From the NCBI GenBank assembly GCA_013416795.1, contig RQSC01000630.1, positions 165,742 through 229,741 of the forward strand: 64,000 bases of DNA, in the 5' to 3' direction. This document shows, in pieces, positions 1 to 10,313 of this stretch. The notes beneath the pieces are model-generated. The model saw nothing but the letters and a program-made list of their open reading frames with translations, made no database searches and was not told where the DNA came from. Source of the DNA: Prasinococcaceae sp. CCMP 1430. Lineage: Eukaryota; Plantae; Prasinodermophyta. Within the stretch, counting starts at the first letter, position 1, and every line of letters begins with the position of its first letter. The translations under genes were made by a program, and so were the position numbers.

Positions 1-586
1 CCTCACACAGCGCCACTGCCTCCGGGTCGCACGCGCGCGACAGGCCACCTGGCTCTGGCTCAGAAGGCGGGGATGCTGGCATGGCAGGCGTAGCAGCATC
101 CGACACATCGGCCATTGGTGTGTCAAGAGCGCACCCGGACGAGCCGGCTGCGCACGGTGGGGCGCCCGCGCTCCCGGCAGGCCGAGCGTCTGCTCCCGGA
201 CTTGTTTGGTTGGGTGCGCCGCCCTGGGCGGCCTGCCCTTCCGCAGCCCTGTTCGCAGCGGCGCGCGCGCAGCGCTCGCGGCGCTCACGCTCGGACACAT
301 CGGCCCGTGGGGTCGCGGCGCTGGGAGGCTCAGCGCGGCCGCTTCCCCCGCCGTCACCGCCCTGCGTCGCCCCCGCTGGCTCCAGCACTCTCACGAGGTC
401 GCCATTCGCTACACCCTCAAGGCTCAAAATCTCGTCCCTCCCATTCAACGACAGCCTGGGCGGCGGCTGCCCCGCGGGGAGGAGCGCAGCCACGCTCGTT
501 CGCAGGGCCTCTATGTCCCCGCTCGCATCCAGCTTGACGCTCTTCGCCCAGCCCGGCAGCCGCACGCGCACACGCCTCGCTGCCAT
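1..586 (-). CDS. Ubiquitin-like-domain protein, FBXO7/SKIP22-like; 5' part only, runs off the window start
   Basis: Manual translation from ATG at 586: MAARRVRVRLPGWAKSVKLDASGDIEALRTSVAALLPAGQPPPRLSLNGRDEILSLEGVANGDLVRVL..., open to base 1. It is absent from the ORF track because no stop lies in the window. The RLSLNGRDE...GDL pattern recalls the Ubl of plant SKIP22. Confidence 0.45.
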   Translation of the reverse strand, partial: MAARRVRVRLPGWAKSVKLDASGDIEALRTSVAALLPAGQPPPRLSLNGRDEILSLEGVANGDLVRVLEPAGATQGGDGGGSGRAEPPSAATPRADVSERERRERCARAAANRAAEGQAAQGGAPNQTSPGADARPAGSAGAPPCAAGSSGCALDTPMADVSDAATPAMPASPPSEPEPGGLSRACDPEAVALCE

Positions 587-1272
587 CGACCGCAGCACTG
601 GTCGACAAAAAAAAGAGCGCGCTCCCGCCCGCCCGCCTGCGTGCCCACTCCTTCCTCCCCACCCGCGCGCAGACCGAGGCGGAAGGGGGGAAAGGGGTGG
701 GTGGGGGGGCTTACCAGCCGCGAGAGCGGGAAGGCCGCGGAGTGCGCGGGGCGGACCCACCGGGTCGAGCGTCCCCGCCGTGCCCCGCCGCGCCCCCGCC
801 CGCCCTGTGGCGCGCGCGGGGGGCGCCCGACCGCCTCTGCGCTGCTCCGCCAAATCGCGCCAGCGTGCGCCCTCAAAAAAGCAAAGGGTGCTGTGTTGTC
901 CCAACGCAGGTCGAAATGCATTCGAAGCGCATCTGCGCTCGTTCGCGACACGTTCCCCCGTGGTGCGCGCGGTAAAACCATTTTTCCTTTTATGTTTAAG
1001 TCAACTTTTAACAAAAACGACAGAATTAAAGTATAAAGAATTCGTTTTTTTAGGTTTAATTACCCTTGGTACATTTTTAGGGATTTTTTTACAACCTGAT
1101 TTTGCAACGCGCACGGGCGCTCGCGGCCGCGGCGACACTCCGCAGCGCGCGCCGCTGCGCCGCTCTCCGCAGCGTGCGTCAACATTGAGTCGAGTCATCG
1201 ACACAGCGTGGTGTTGTTAAGCCGCACGCAACCATTCTATGTGTGCGGGCTTGTCTCGAGCGCGAATGCTCG

Positions 1273-3036
1273 CTATCCCCAGAGCTCGGCGACATACCGC
1301 CCGCTCGCTCGCATCTGCGAAAGCCACTCGCGCGCTGCGCTCTCGGCGAGCCCCCCGCGACGCTCGGCGACCGCACATAGCGCCTCCTGCACGCCCTGTC
1401 CCATCGCCGTGCCGCCGCACACGTACACGTACGTGTCACTGCAGCTGAGGTGCGCCCAGAGCTCCGCGTCATTGGACTCGACGAGGTCCTGCACATACGC
1501 GCCCTTCGGCAGGGCAGTCACCGGTGCACCCGGCGCCGGGCGTGAGACCGCGGTCAGCAGCGTCAGATCGAGTGCGGCCGCGCACTTGTCTTTCGAAGGA
1601 GTTCGCGCAGTGCACGAGAGCGAGTCCCCCCTATGGTCGCTGCAGGCCATCTCCCGCAGCTCGTCGCCGAAAGGGAGCTCCGCAGCTGTGCGGCAGCCTG
1701 CAAGCAAAAGCACCCTGCGCGCGCCTCTGACGCCACCCAGGCTGCTGCCTGCACCGCTCGCAGCGTGCGCAGTCGTCGCGCGTGCGAGCACCTCTCGAAG
1801 TAGCGCCCTGAACGGCGCCACACCCGTGCCGGCACCGATCAGAATGAGCGCTCCGCAACCGTCGGTGCCCGCAGGGGGTAACGCGAAGGCGGAGCGCCGT
1901 ACGGCCACATCGAGCATCGCCCCGTGAGCCGCAGTCGCTGCGTCAGCTCCTGCCGCCCGATCGAAATGGCCGTCAGTGAGCTCGGTCATGTGCTCAGTGG
2001 CGGAGCCTACCACCCTGAAAGCGACCTCGGCCACGTGGGGCGCCTCCTCCGCGGAGCTGCACGTGCTATACGCGCGCGGGGCTCGCTCTCCCAGCGCGCC
2101 AAATAGCGTTGCGAGGGGAAGCGCGCAGCCGGAACAGTGCTCGAGGGCCTCAGCGACATTCGTGAGGGGTACCTGGGCTTGAGTGTCAGGCGCTTGCGCG
2201 CGCGCGGCGCCGCGGTACTCCTGACGATAGCTGTCCCGAACGAGACGGCGCACGAGGTCCTCGCGCTGCGCCAACGCGGCAGCGCCGTCCTCCCATACGC
2301 CCTCGGTGAGCATCGCCTCGTAAAGCGCGCGTGGGGGCGGGGCACAGAGCTCAACGCGCCAACGGAGCTCCGTGAGCGTCGTCAGCGGCAGGCCGGACGG
2401 CGTGGTACCGACGCCATCGCGATCCATGTCAGCCGCGCCCACGCCGCCGAAGCTGCCGCTGCGACTGCCGCTGGCAACGCCGCCCTCGCAACTATGGTCG
2501 CCCGCGCCGCCAGACCTCACCGCGAGCCGCGCGGCTACGCGCTGAACGATGTCTTCGCTATTAGGGGTGCGCACGAGCAGCGTGTCGGCTGTCGAGTAGG
2601 CGAGCCCCGCGGCACCCAGGTCGAAGGCGACGCGACATATTCCAGGTGCAGGTCGTGCGCACCGGCGTGCGTGCACGCGCATGTAGGGGGTTTCAACGGG
2701 CTGCGTGTGTGGTACCGGGGCCGTGGCGTAGTGAGAGAGATTGGCGGCGCCAATGCTAGAAGTGCTGGCGCTGCCCGCATGCGCCGACTCCCACCTGCGC
2801 AGGTTCTCCCCGTACACGGTCCACACGCAGCGCGCGCACGCGCGCTGGCAGCACTCGCCGTCGCTGGGACGCTCCGGTCGCTCCGCCGGCTGCGGGCCGC
2901 AGCCTTCGTCGCTCTCCTCATCACCTCCTCCGCCAGCGGCCTCCTCCAGCTTTGCCTCGAGCTCCATGAACGCAGCCATGTTGACGTCCATCAGCATGTC
3001 GAACTCATCGGCGTTGTCTCCGCCCGTGAGGCACAT
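1273..3036 (-). CDS. Oxidored-like Cys-motif domain fused to a cytochrome P450 reductase-type FAD/NADPH-binding module
   Basis: PERPSDGECCQRACARCVWTVY near the N-terminus, then PRAYSTCSS, GAGTGVAPFR, AYVQDLV, YVYVCGGTAMG and C-terminal RYVAELWG. True 5' end unresolved. Confidence 0.8.
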   Translation of the reverse strand: MCLTGGDNADEFDMLMDVNMAAFMELEAKLEEAAGGGGDEESDEGCGPQPAERPERPSDGECCQRACARCVWTVYGENLRRWESAHAGSASTSSIGAANLSHYATAPVPHTQPVETPYMRVHARRCARPAPGICRVAFDLGAAGLAYSTADTLLVRTPNSEDIVQRVAARLAVRSGGAGDHSCEGGVASGSRSGSFGGVGAADMDRDGVGTTPSGLPLTTLTELRWRVELCAPPPRALYEAMLTEGVWEDGAAALAQREDLVRRLVRDSYRQEYRGAARAQAPDTQAQVPLTNVAEALEHCSGCALPLATLFGALGERAPRAYSTCSSAEEAPHVAEVAFRVVGSATEHMTELTDGHFDRAAGADAATAAHGAMLDVAVRRSAFALPPAGTDGCGALILIGAGTGVAPFRALLREVLARATTAHAASGAGSSLGGVRGARRVLLLAGCRTAAELPFGDELREMACSDHRGDSLSCTARTPSKDKCAAALDLTLLTAVSRPAPGAPVTALPKGAYVQDLVESNDAELWAHLSCSDTYVYVCGGTAMGQGVQEALCAVAERRGGLAESAAREWLSQMRASGRYVAELWG

Positions 3037-3633
3037 CGCGCAAGCGGCGCCCTGCGCGTGTTGCCCGCCGAAGGCAAAAGCGCACTCGGCCGCGAGCGCG
3101 GGCGCTCACCCCTACCCCCCGGAGCGCCTGCGCGCGCGCGCGGCGGCCCGCCCGCGCGCCCGCGCACTGGCCAGCGCGCGCAAAAGAGGGGTAGCGAGGG
3201 AGAGGGGGAGCACGCGCGCGCGGGAGTGAGAGGGGAAGGGGGGGAGAGGGGGAGGGCGCGCGTACGCGCGCCGGCCGCCATGTGGCGCTGATGTGTCCGC
3301 TTGCAGCCCTGGGTTGAGGTCATCGCACTGTGAGACCGGGATGAAGGACTCTTTGATAGCGAGCAGGACCTGCCACAACGCATTTGCGGTTAGATATAGG
3401 GTTAACTGCGTGCCCAGCGCGGCGGGCGCTGGCGCGGCGGCGGCGGCCGCCGCCGCTGTGCACGCCGAGGCTGCGGCCAGACGGCGTGGGTGGCGCAGCG
3501 GGGCGCGGGGCGGGGTGCGTGGGGGCGCACAGGCGGCGCCCGCGGTGGCTTGCGGTGGCAAGGACGCGAGGAAGGTGGAGAGGGAACGCGGGGGTGCCGC
3601 GCTCTGCCAGCAGGAGAGGGGAGGGGCGCCGCG

Positions 3634-5816
3634 ATGCCGCTCGGCCGAGCTCTGGGCCACCACGGCGGCACGCGCTCACGCTACGCGGGGGTCGTGTGCG
3701 GCCACTCGGAGGACGCGGCGGGCGCCCTAGCGGAGGCGCTGGTGGCACCAGAGAGCGGTGTGGCTTTTGATTTTGCCGTACTGCCGCTTGCGGCGTCTGG
3801 CGAGCGGCGCGTGGCGAGCGCCAGACGCACGCTGCCGGGTGCAGCGCTGCCGCCGCCCGTGTTCCCCTCGGATCTCGCACTGTCGTCGGCGCAGTGGACC
3901 TCGCAGGTGGTGGGCGCCGTGAGTGCGTGGGTCGACGCAGACTCGCGTGACCCTGCGCTCGCACGCGATTCAGCGGCTGCGCTCGATGCAGAGCTCGCAT
4001 GGGCGGCGCACCTGTCGTTGCAGGCGGCCGTTGTGCCGCGGCTCGGCGAGCGCGTCGCCGCGACTGCGCACAGTCTGCTGAGGGCGCTCGGGCGCGCGCA
4101 GGGTATGAGTGCGTGGGTGCGCGTTCCGCTGGTGGCTGACGAAGTCATCGCAGCATCGAGCGCCAACGCCGACGCGGGTGCCGCTCTGTTGGCCAAGCGC
4201 GCGTGCGACGTCAGTGGTGCGCCTGGCACGAGCTTACGGCTCGCACACGACCCGTTCGAGGCGTGGCATGAGCTGCGCGCGATGTGCGGCCACCACCCGC
4301 GGCTGTGCGTGGCGCTGGAGGTGGGGGCCGATTTGCCTGACGGCGGCGACGCCGCGCTCGAGCGATGGCTCGGCGAACCCGTGCGCGCTGCGCTGATATC
4401 CACCGATGCCTTCCTCACCAACAAACATGGCTACCCGACTCTCTCGAAGCGCCACCAGAAGCTCGTGTCCACACTGCTGCAGCACGACGTGCAAATCGTG
4501 CTGCACGGACCACGCAGGCACGAGCCACCGCCAGCGCCAGTGGTCGGCCAGCAGGAATCGCGAGCGCCGGCGCACCCGCTGGCTCCGTACTTGGAATACG
4601 TGTCGTTCCTGTACCGACGGCTGCCCGCACCGAGCGAATGTGAGGTTGCCGAGTCGTCCTACCGTGACTTCTTGCAATCCCCGCTGCAGCCGCTAATGGA
4701 CAATCTCGAGAGCGCCACCTATGAGACCTTCGAGCGCGACGCGACCAAATACGACGTCTACCAGCAGGCCGTCGAGACATACCTGCGCGAGAAGGTACCC
4801 GACGAGCAGGTAGAGACGGCGGATGCTGTGGTGCTCATGATGGTCGGGGCGGGGCGCGGGCCAATTCTGTCGCGCTGCTTGGCGGCGGCGGACGCCACCA
4901 ACAGACGCGTGAGAGTGTACGCCATCGAGAAGAATCCCAACGCGGTGGTCACCCTGCAGCGCAGGGCGGTCGCGGAGGGGTGGGGAGACAGGTGCGCGCA
5001 CACGCCGCGAACAGAGCGCTGCGATTGCGTGCGCTGCGATTGCGTGCGCTGCGCAGCGCGTGCGAGCGCAAGCGGCACCTGCGACGATGCTAACCAGGGC
5101 GCGTGCTTTTTGCGTGCAGGGTGACGCTAATCGCATCTGATATGCGCGACGCGGAGCCACCGGAGCTGGCGGATTGCCTCGTTAGCGAGCTGCTAGGCTC
5201 CTTCGGCGACAATGAGCTCTCGCCCGAGTGCCTCGACGGCGCCCAGAGATTTCTGAAGGAGGACGGCGTGTCCATCCCGCAGGAATACACGTCGTACATC
5301 GCGCCCATCAGTGCATCCAAGCTCCACGCCGCAGTTGGCGCCATGAAGGGCAGCAAGGACGACCGTGAGCACTATGAGACGCCCTACGTTGTCAAGTTGC
5401 ACTCCATCGGTGTGCTGGCTGACACGCAGGAGGCATTTACCTTCGCCCACCCCAACCGTCCCGAGGGCGGCGCCGCGGCCATCGACAACAGGCGCTACAA
5501 GCGATTCGTGTTCGAGGCTCGCGCGCAGGATACCCCAGCGTGCGTGCACGGCTTCGCTGGCTACTTCGACGCCAAGCTGTACGGGGATGTGCATCTCAGC
5601 ATCCATCCGCCGACCCACACGCCCGATATGAGCTCGTGGTTCGCCATCTACTTTCCGCTGCAGCACCCGGTGCACTGGCCCGCGGGCGCAGCGCTCGAGG
5701 CACACATGTGGCGAGACGGGGACGCGCGCAAGGTGTGGTACGAGTGGTGCGTTGGGGGGCCCACCACCACGCACATCCACAATACACAAGGCAGGTCGTA
5801 TTGGGTGGGCCTGTGA
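3634..5816 (+). CDS. PRMT5: Protein arginine N-methyltransferase 5; exons 3634-4991 and 5120-5816
   Basis: Plant-like start MPLG...SRYAG; [79 protein letters not shown] intron 4992-5119 restores the frame. Confidence 0.97.
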
Positions 5817-5963
5817 ATAAAAAAAAAAGGCTTCGAAACCTTCATGCGCTGCATGCGCACGTGGCGATGTGGCAGAAGCGCAGCGCTGGGCGCCCGCGGA
5901 GGCGCCGGCCGCTGTCCAGCCCGCTGCGGTACCGGCACGCCGCGGTCCAACACACGGCGGGAA

Positions 5964-5993
<30 letters not shown>
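5964..5993. repeat. Poly-G tract (30 nt)
   Basis: Read directly; intergenic. Confidence 0.9.
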
Positions 5994-5994
<1 letters not shown>

Positions 5995-6199
5995 ACGCGC
6001 AATTCCCCGTCAGGTTCTTAGGGTCAGAGGGCCGAGGCTGAGTTGCGTGGGGAGGGGGTAGAGGCGCGCGGCGCGCGGCGGGTGGCGGGTGACGAGCGGC
6101 GAGCTGCGAGTGGCGAGCTGGGAGCGGCAAGCTGCAAGCGGCTGGCGGCAAGCGGCGAGCGGTGGGCTGTGCACGGCGGCCGACGTGCTGCCTATCGCG

Positions 6200-7130
6200 A
6201 TGGAGGATATCACCGGCGGCGAGCGCGGGCCTGCCGCCGCTGAGCTGCGCAGGCGGTTCGCAGCGTCGTTCGAGTTGCGCACGAAGCGGCTCATGGAGGA
6301 CTGCGCCCGCAACGAGGAGGGAACTGAGTGCCGCCACTTCCGGAGCGTCGAGATGCCCGTGATCGGAAGTGCGTGCGCGTGCGTGCGCGCCCGGCCGCCC
6401 GCCCACCCGCCGCGCGTGGGTGTACAGGTCTCGCTAGCCGTTCTTCCTCTCACACGCTCGCGCGTTTGTATGCGCACGCATTCGCCCAATCACATCCTTG
6501 CCCACACGCACAGCGCACCTTGCCGCGACCGGCTTGCTCGCGCTCGGCACGGGAGCTATAGTCGCAAACACCGTGAGGCGAGGCGCGCCCAAGCTGCCAA
6601 GGATCGTCTCAGGCGGTCTCGGCCTGGCGGGCGCTTTGTCAACCTGGCCTTTCTTTAGCGACTTGTCGTACTTTCGCGATGCGATACGCGGTAAGCTCAT
6701 GGACGCGGAGCGGAGCGTGTTCATCGACTGCATCTGCAACCCTCTGCTGGAAATCGACGAGGAAGGGCCCACGGGGGGACCCGCCGGGGATTCCGGCGGC
6801 GAGCGAAGGCCCGCGGAGAGCTCCGCGGCCGAACACTTTGGGGGCGGCGAGGAGGATAGCTTTGCCAGCGGCGGTGGGCTGCAGGCACTTTTTGAGCGCG
6901 AGGGACGCTCGGCGCCCGCCGGGCTGCTTGAGCGCCTGAGGGAGTGCAAGAAGAGGCGCTCGCGCATGGAGGAGCGGGAGTGGATGGCTGCGACGGGCAG
7001 GGACGTAGACGGCCTCGGCGGCGTGAGCCAGATCAACGTGGGCACGTGGGACGATAGTTGGGAGGAGGGGGTCAGAGACGCCAGCAAGCCCGGCGACGAC
7101 GGCGGTGGCAGCGAAGGGCGCAGCATCTGA
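6200..7130 (+). CDS. Hypothetical protein with two hydrophobic segments; exons 6200-6368 and 6514-7130
   Basis: A phase-1 GT-AG intron joins ORFs 6089 and 6498 in frame. Hydrophobic stretches LAATGLLALGTGAIVA and IVSGGLGLAGALSTWPFF; acidic tail. Confidence 0.6.
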
Positions 7131-7301
7131 GCATCGTGGATCGTACGGCCAGGTAATAATTGCTGAGGCTCTCTATGCTGTCTGGAAAATTAACTAGCGG
7201 CACGACCGCCTCCGTGCCTCCGCCGTACGATAAGCAGCCCCTTTCACATGCCCCGACTCGCCCGCGCGCCTCGCGCAGGCAGCGGCGCCGCGCGCCCGCG
7301 C

Positions 7302-10300
7302 TCAGCCAGTGTTGCGCATGCTCGCCGCGATGGCCTTGATGGTGCGAAGAAGCGGCTCGGTCCACAGCTCCAGCTCCTCGGCGTTGTCCTCGGCCTCGGC
7401 CTTGCGCGTGCGGCTCAGCAAGATCACCTGCGAGGCGTTGAGCGGATCAAGGTACAGGTTGCGCTTGTCGAGCCTTTCCTTCAGCTGGGGCGTCTCGCCG
7501 AGCAGCTCATCCTTCTCCGTGACGCGCATCACCTGCTCGACGCTCGCGTCATACTCGTTCTTGATGAGGCCGTATACGCGATCGGCGACCTCCTTGTCTT
7601 CGCAGATCCGCGAGTACTCCTTGGCGATCTCCATGTTGGCCTTGACGAGCGCCTGCTGGACGTTTGCGAGGAAGTTGCGGAAGAACGGCCAACGGCGGTA
7701 CATGTCCCGCACCTCCTCGAGGCGCTCCTCAGAATCACCGATGTACGTGGACAGCGCCGAGCCAATGCCGTACCACGCCGGCAGAGTGACGCGGCACTGC
7801 GACCAGCCGAACACCCACGGGATGGCCCGCAGCGACTTCTTCGTGCGGTCGCCCGACTTGCGCTTGGCGGGCCTGCTACCCACATTGAGCGCACCAATCT
7901 CGTAGCAAATGGTTGTCGAGTAGTAGTAGTCGTAGAAGCCCTCCGTGTCGTCGGTGAGGCCCCTGTACGCCTTCTCGCCCCGTCCCGCCAGCTCGCCCAT
8001 CAGCGACATGAACTTCGCCTCGTCGGGAAGCCGCGGGCACGTTTTGTCGGTGTTGGCCTGCAGCAGCCCCGTCATGCCCACGCCCAGCTCGTACTTGGCT
8101 GTGTCGGCGTGGCCGTACTTGTAGGTGACCGTCTCGCCCTGCTCTGTGAACTTGATGGCGCCGTTGACCGTGCCGGCCGGCTGCGCCAGGATGGACTCGT
8201 GCGCGGGGCCCGCGCCGCGCCCCACGGTGCCGCCACGGCCGTGGAAGAGCTTCCAGCCCGCGCCGGCGCCCTCGCAGATGGTCTGGACGGAGCGCTGCGC
8301 CGAGTAGAGCGAGAAGGCGCTGCTCATGATGCCGCCGTCCTTGGCGCTGTCCGAGTAGCCGATCATGATGTCCTGCACGTTGCCGGCCGACGTGAGGTAC
8401 GAGCGGTACACGTCGGACTCAAGGAGCGAGGTCAGCGCCTCCGGCATGCCCTGCAGGTCCGGGATGGTCTCGAAGAGCGGGCTCACGCGAATTTTGGAGT
8501 GGGTCCACGAGCCGGCCGCCGCGTCATACTCCACGAGCCCCTTGCCAACCACCCAGCCGAGGGCGAGAACCTCCAGGACATTCGAGGCCGTGCGGGCCAT
8601 GGAGATGTTGTACTCGCCGAGGGCCTCCACGTCCACGATGTCAGTCACCGTGGCCACCGCCTGGAGAACCTCCACGCTCTGGACGGTGTCGGCCGTGCAC
8701 GTGTCCATCGCCGCGATGAGCTCGTCCTCCGTGGGCGGCGCGTCAGTGATGGCGGCCTCGAGGACCTTCACGCGCTCCGCCTCGTCGAGCTCAGCGTAGT
8801 TGGGGCAGCGCCCGAGGGTGCGCAGAATCTCGTCCACAGCCTCGATGTGGCGCGTGCTCTCCTGGCGGATGTCGAGCGCCTGCAGGCGAAAGCCGAAGGT
8901 CTCCACCAGGCGGATGAGGTCCTGCAGGGGGCCGGCGGCGGCCGAGGTGTCGCCGCCCTCGGTGAGGAGGTCCTGGATGAGCTTGAGGTCCGCGAGCAGC
9001 TCCGCCGGGGATTCGTACTGGTCCTCGCCAGGGCTCACACCTGGGATGGGGTCGATGTTGTACTCGATGTCGACGATGAGCTCCTTGGCGCGCGCGGCGC
9101 CCTCGTCCAGCGTCTCGTTAAGGTCGTACAGGTTCTGGTTGAGCATACGCAGGCGCTGCTCGAGCTTGTGCCTGATGACGCGCAGCTTCGCGCGGTAGGG
9201 CTCGCGGTAGCAGTAGGAGGGGTCCTCGAAGGCGGGAATCTTGTCCTTGACGGACTGATCGGCGTCGAGGGCCAGGCGCTCAAAGATGTCGCCCTCGGTC
9301 TTGGAAAACTTGTCCGAGTGCAGCAGGCGGTAGTGCAGATCCCTCACGCGCTTGATGTACTCGCCCACGGCCGTGCGTGAGGACAGCAGGCTCGCCATCA
9401 CGGTGGTCTCCGGGTACACGAACGGGTTGCCGTCGCGGTCGCCGCCGATCCAGCTGCCGAACTCCATGCAGGTCTCGATGCCACCGCTGGGGCAGTTCAG
9501 GCCGCTGAGCTTCTGGCCGAGCGAGCCCTCGCTCGCGGTGCCGTAGTGCTTCTCGATGGAGCGCTGCGCCGAGCGGTAGACCTCGGGGACGGCCTCGAAA
9601 AGGCTCAGGCGGAAGTAGTTGAGGCCCGCGTTGATCTCGTCAAGCACGGTGGGCTTGCGGTTGCGCATCTCATCGGTGAGCCACAGCGTCTCGACTTCCA
9701 CGGCCAGCTTGCTCATGAGCACGCGCTGCGGCAGCTCGCGCGCGAGCCACTGCTTGCACAGGTGGAACATGCGCGAGAGCAGCGTGAGGATCACGGCGCG
9801 GCGCGCCTCGGTGGGGTGCGCGGTGAACACCGGGAGGAACTTCGACTCCGCGATGAGGCCCTCCACGTCCCCGCGCGACATGCCGGCCTCCTTGAAGGTG
9901 CGCATGGTCTCGTCCCAGCTCCCCTTCCACGTGACGCCCTCGCCCTTGTCGTCGCCGATGAGCTCGGCGCGCCTGAGGAAGTGCTCGTGCGCCTCTTCGA
10001 CGACGTTGAGCAGCGCGGCGTACGATCCCAGCGCGCGCACCACCTGCGTGATCTCCTGGGCGCTGAGCCCGTTCAGCGTGCTCAGCAGCTCCTCCTCGAG
10101 GCTCGCCTTCTCGCTCTCGTCGGCGGTGCGCATGGTGGCGAACCCGTCGCGCAGCGAGTGGATGAGGGCCACCATCTCCTCGCCCTCGTGCTGCTTGATG
10201 ACGCTGTCGAGCATCCAGCAGGTCATGCCTTCGAGCTCGCGGAAGCGCTCCTCGTCGCTCAGCTCCTCGCTGAAGCCGCCGATGAGGGGCGGGTCGTCGG

Positions 10301-10313
10301 ACACCGCCGGCGA
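7302..10313 (-). CDS. PPC: Phosphoenolpyruvate carboxylase, bacterial-type (C-terminal RNTG), intronless; in frame with an upstream ChlM fragment
   Basis: VFTAHPTEARR, FGSWIGGDRDGNPFV, MIGYSDSAKDGG, FHGRGGTVGRG, SLRAIPWVFGWSQ, ...SMRNTG-stop; no plant N-terminal SIDAQ phosphorylation motif. Confidence 0.97.
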   Translation of the reverse strand, partial: SPAVSDDPPLIGGFSEELSDEERFRELEGMTCWMLDSVIKQHEGEEMVALIHSLRDGFATMRTADESEKASLEEELLSTLNGLSAQEITQVVRALGSYAALLNVVEEAHEHFLRRAELIGDDKGEGVTWKGSWDETMRTFKEAGMSRGDVEGLIAESKFLPVFTAHPTEARRAVILTLLSRMFHLCKQWLARELPQRVLMSKLAVEVETLWLTDEMRNRKPTVLDEINAGLNYFRLSLFEAVPEVYRSAQRSIEKHYGTASEGSLGQKLSGLNCPSGGIETCMEFGSWIGGDRDGNPFVYPETTVMASLLSSRTAVGEYIKRVRDLHYRLLHSDKFSKTEGDIFERLALDADQSVKDKIPAFEDPSYCYREPYRAKLRVIRHKLEQRLRMLNQNLYDLNETLDEGAARAKELIVDIEYNIDPIPGVSPGEDQYESPAELLADLKLIQDLLTEGGDTSAAAGPLQDLIRLVETFGFRLQALDIRQESTRHIEAVDEILRTLGRCPNYAELDEAERVKVLEAAITDAPPTEDELIAAMDTCTADTVQSVEVLQAVATVTDIVDVEALGEYNISMARTASNVLEVLALGWVVGKGLVEYDAAAGSWTHSKIRVSPLFETIPDLQGMPEALTSLLESDVYRSYLTSAGNVQDIMIGYSDSAKDGGIMSSAFSLYSAQRSVQTICEGAGAGWKLFHGRGGTVGRGAGPAHESILAQPAGTVNGAIKFTEQGETVTYKYGHADTAKYELGVGMTGLLQANTDKTCPRLPDEAKFMSLMGELAGRGEKAYRGLTDDTEGFYDYYYSTTICYEIGALNVGSRPAKRKSGDRTKKSLRAIPWVFGWSQCRVTLPAWYGIGSALSTYIGDSEERLEEVRDMYRRWPFFRNFLANVQQALVKANMEIAKEYSRICEDKEVADRVYGLIKNEYDASVEQVMRVTEKDELLGETPQLKERLDKRNLYLDPLNASQVILLSRTRKAEAEDNAEELELWTEPLLRTIKAIAASMRNTG

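Noticed and set aside
3037-3633. Possible upstream exons for the reductase (MRCGRS..., LYLTANALWQV..., NPISNRKC...)
   Set aside because: I found no donor/acceptor pair in a consistent phase; left unresolved.
4992-5119. Introner-like repetitive introns
   Set aside because: The PRMT5 intron has an internal 15-bp tandem repeat, but introns in this window do not share sequence with each other.
6100-6165. Degenerate direct repeats resembling a mini-array
   Set aside because: Low-complexity GCGGCRAGC units without unique spacers; eukaryotic context, no cas genes.
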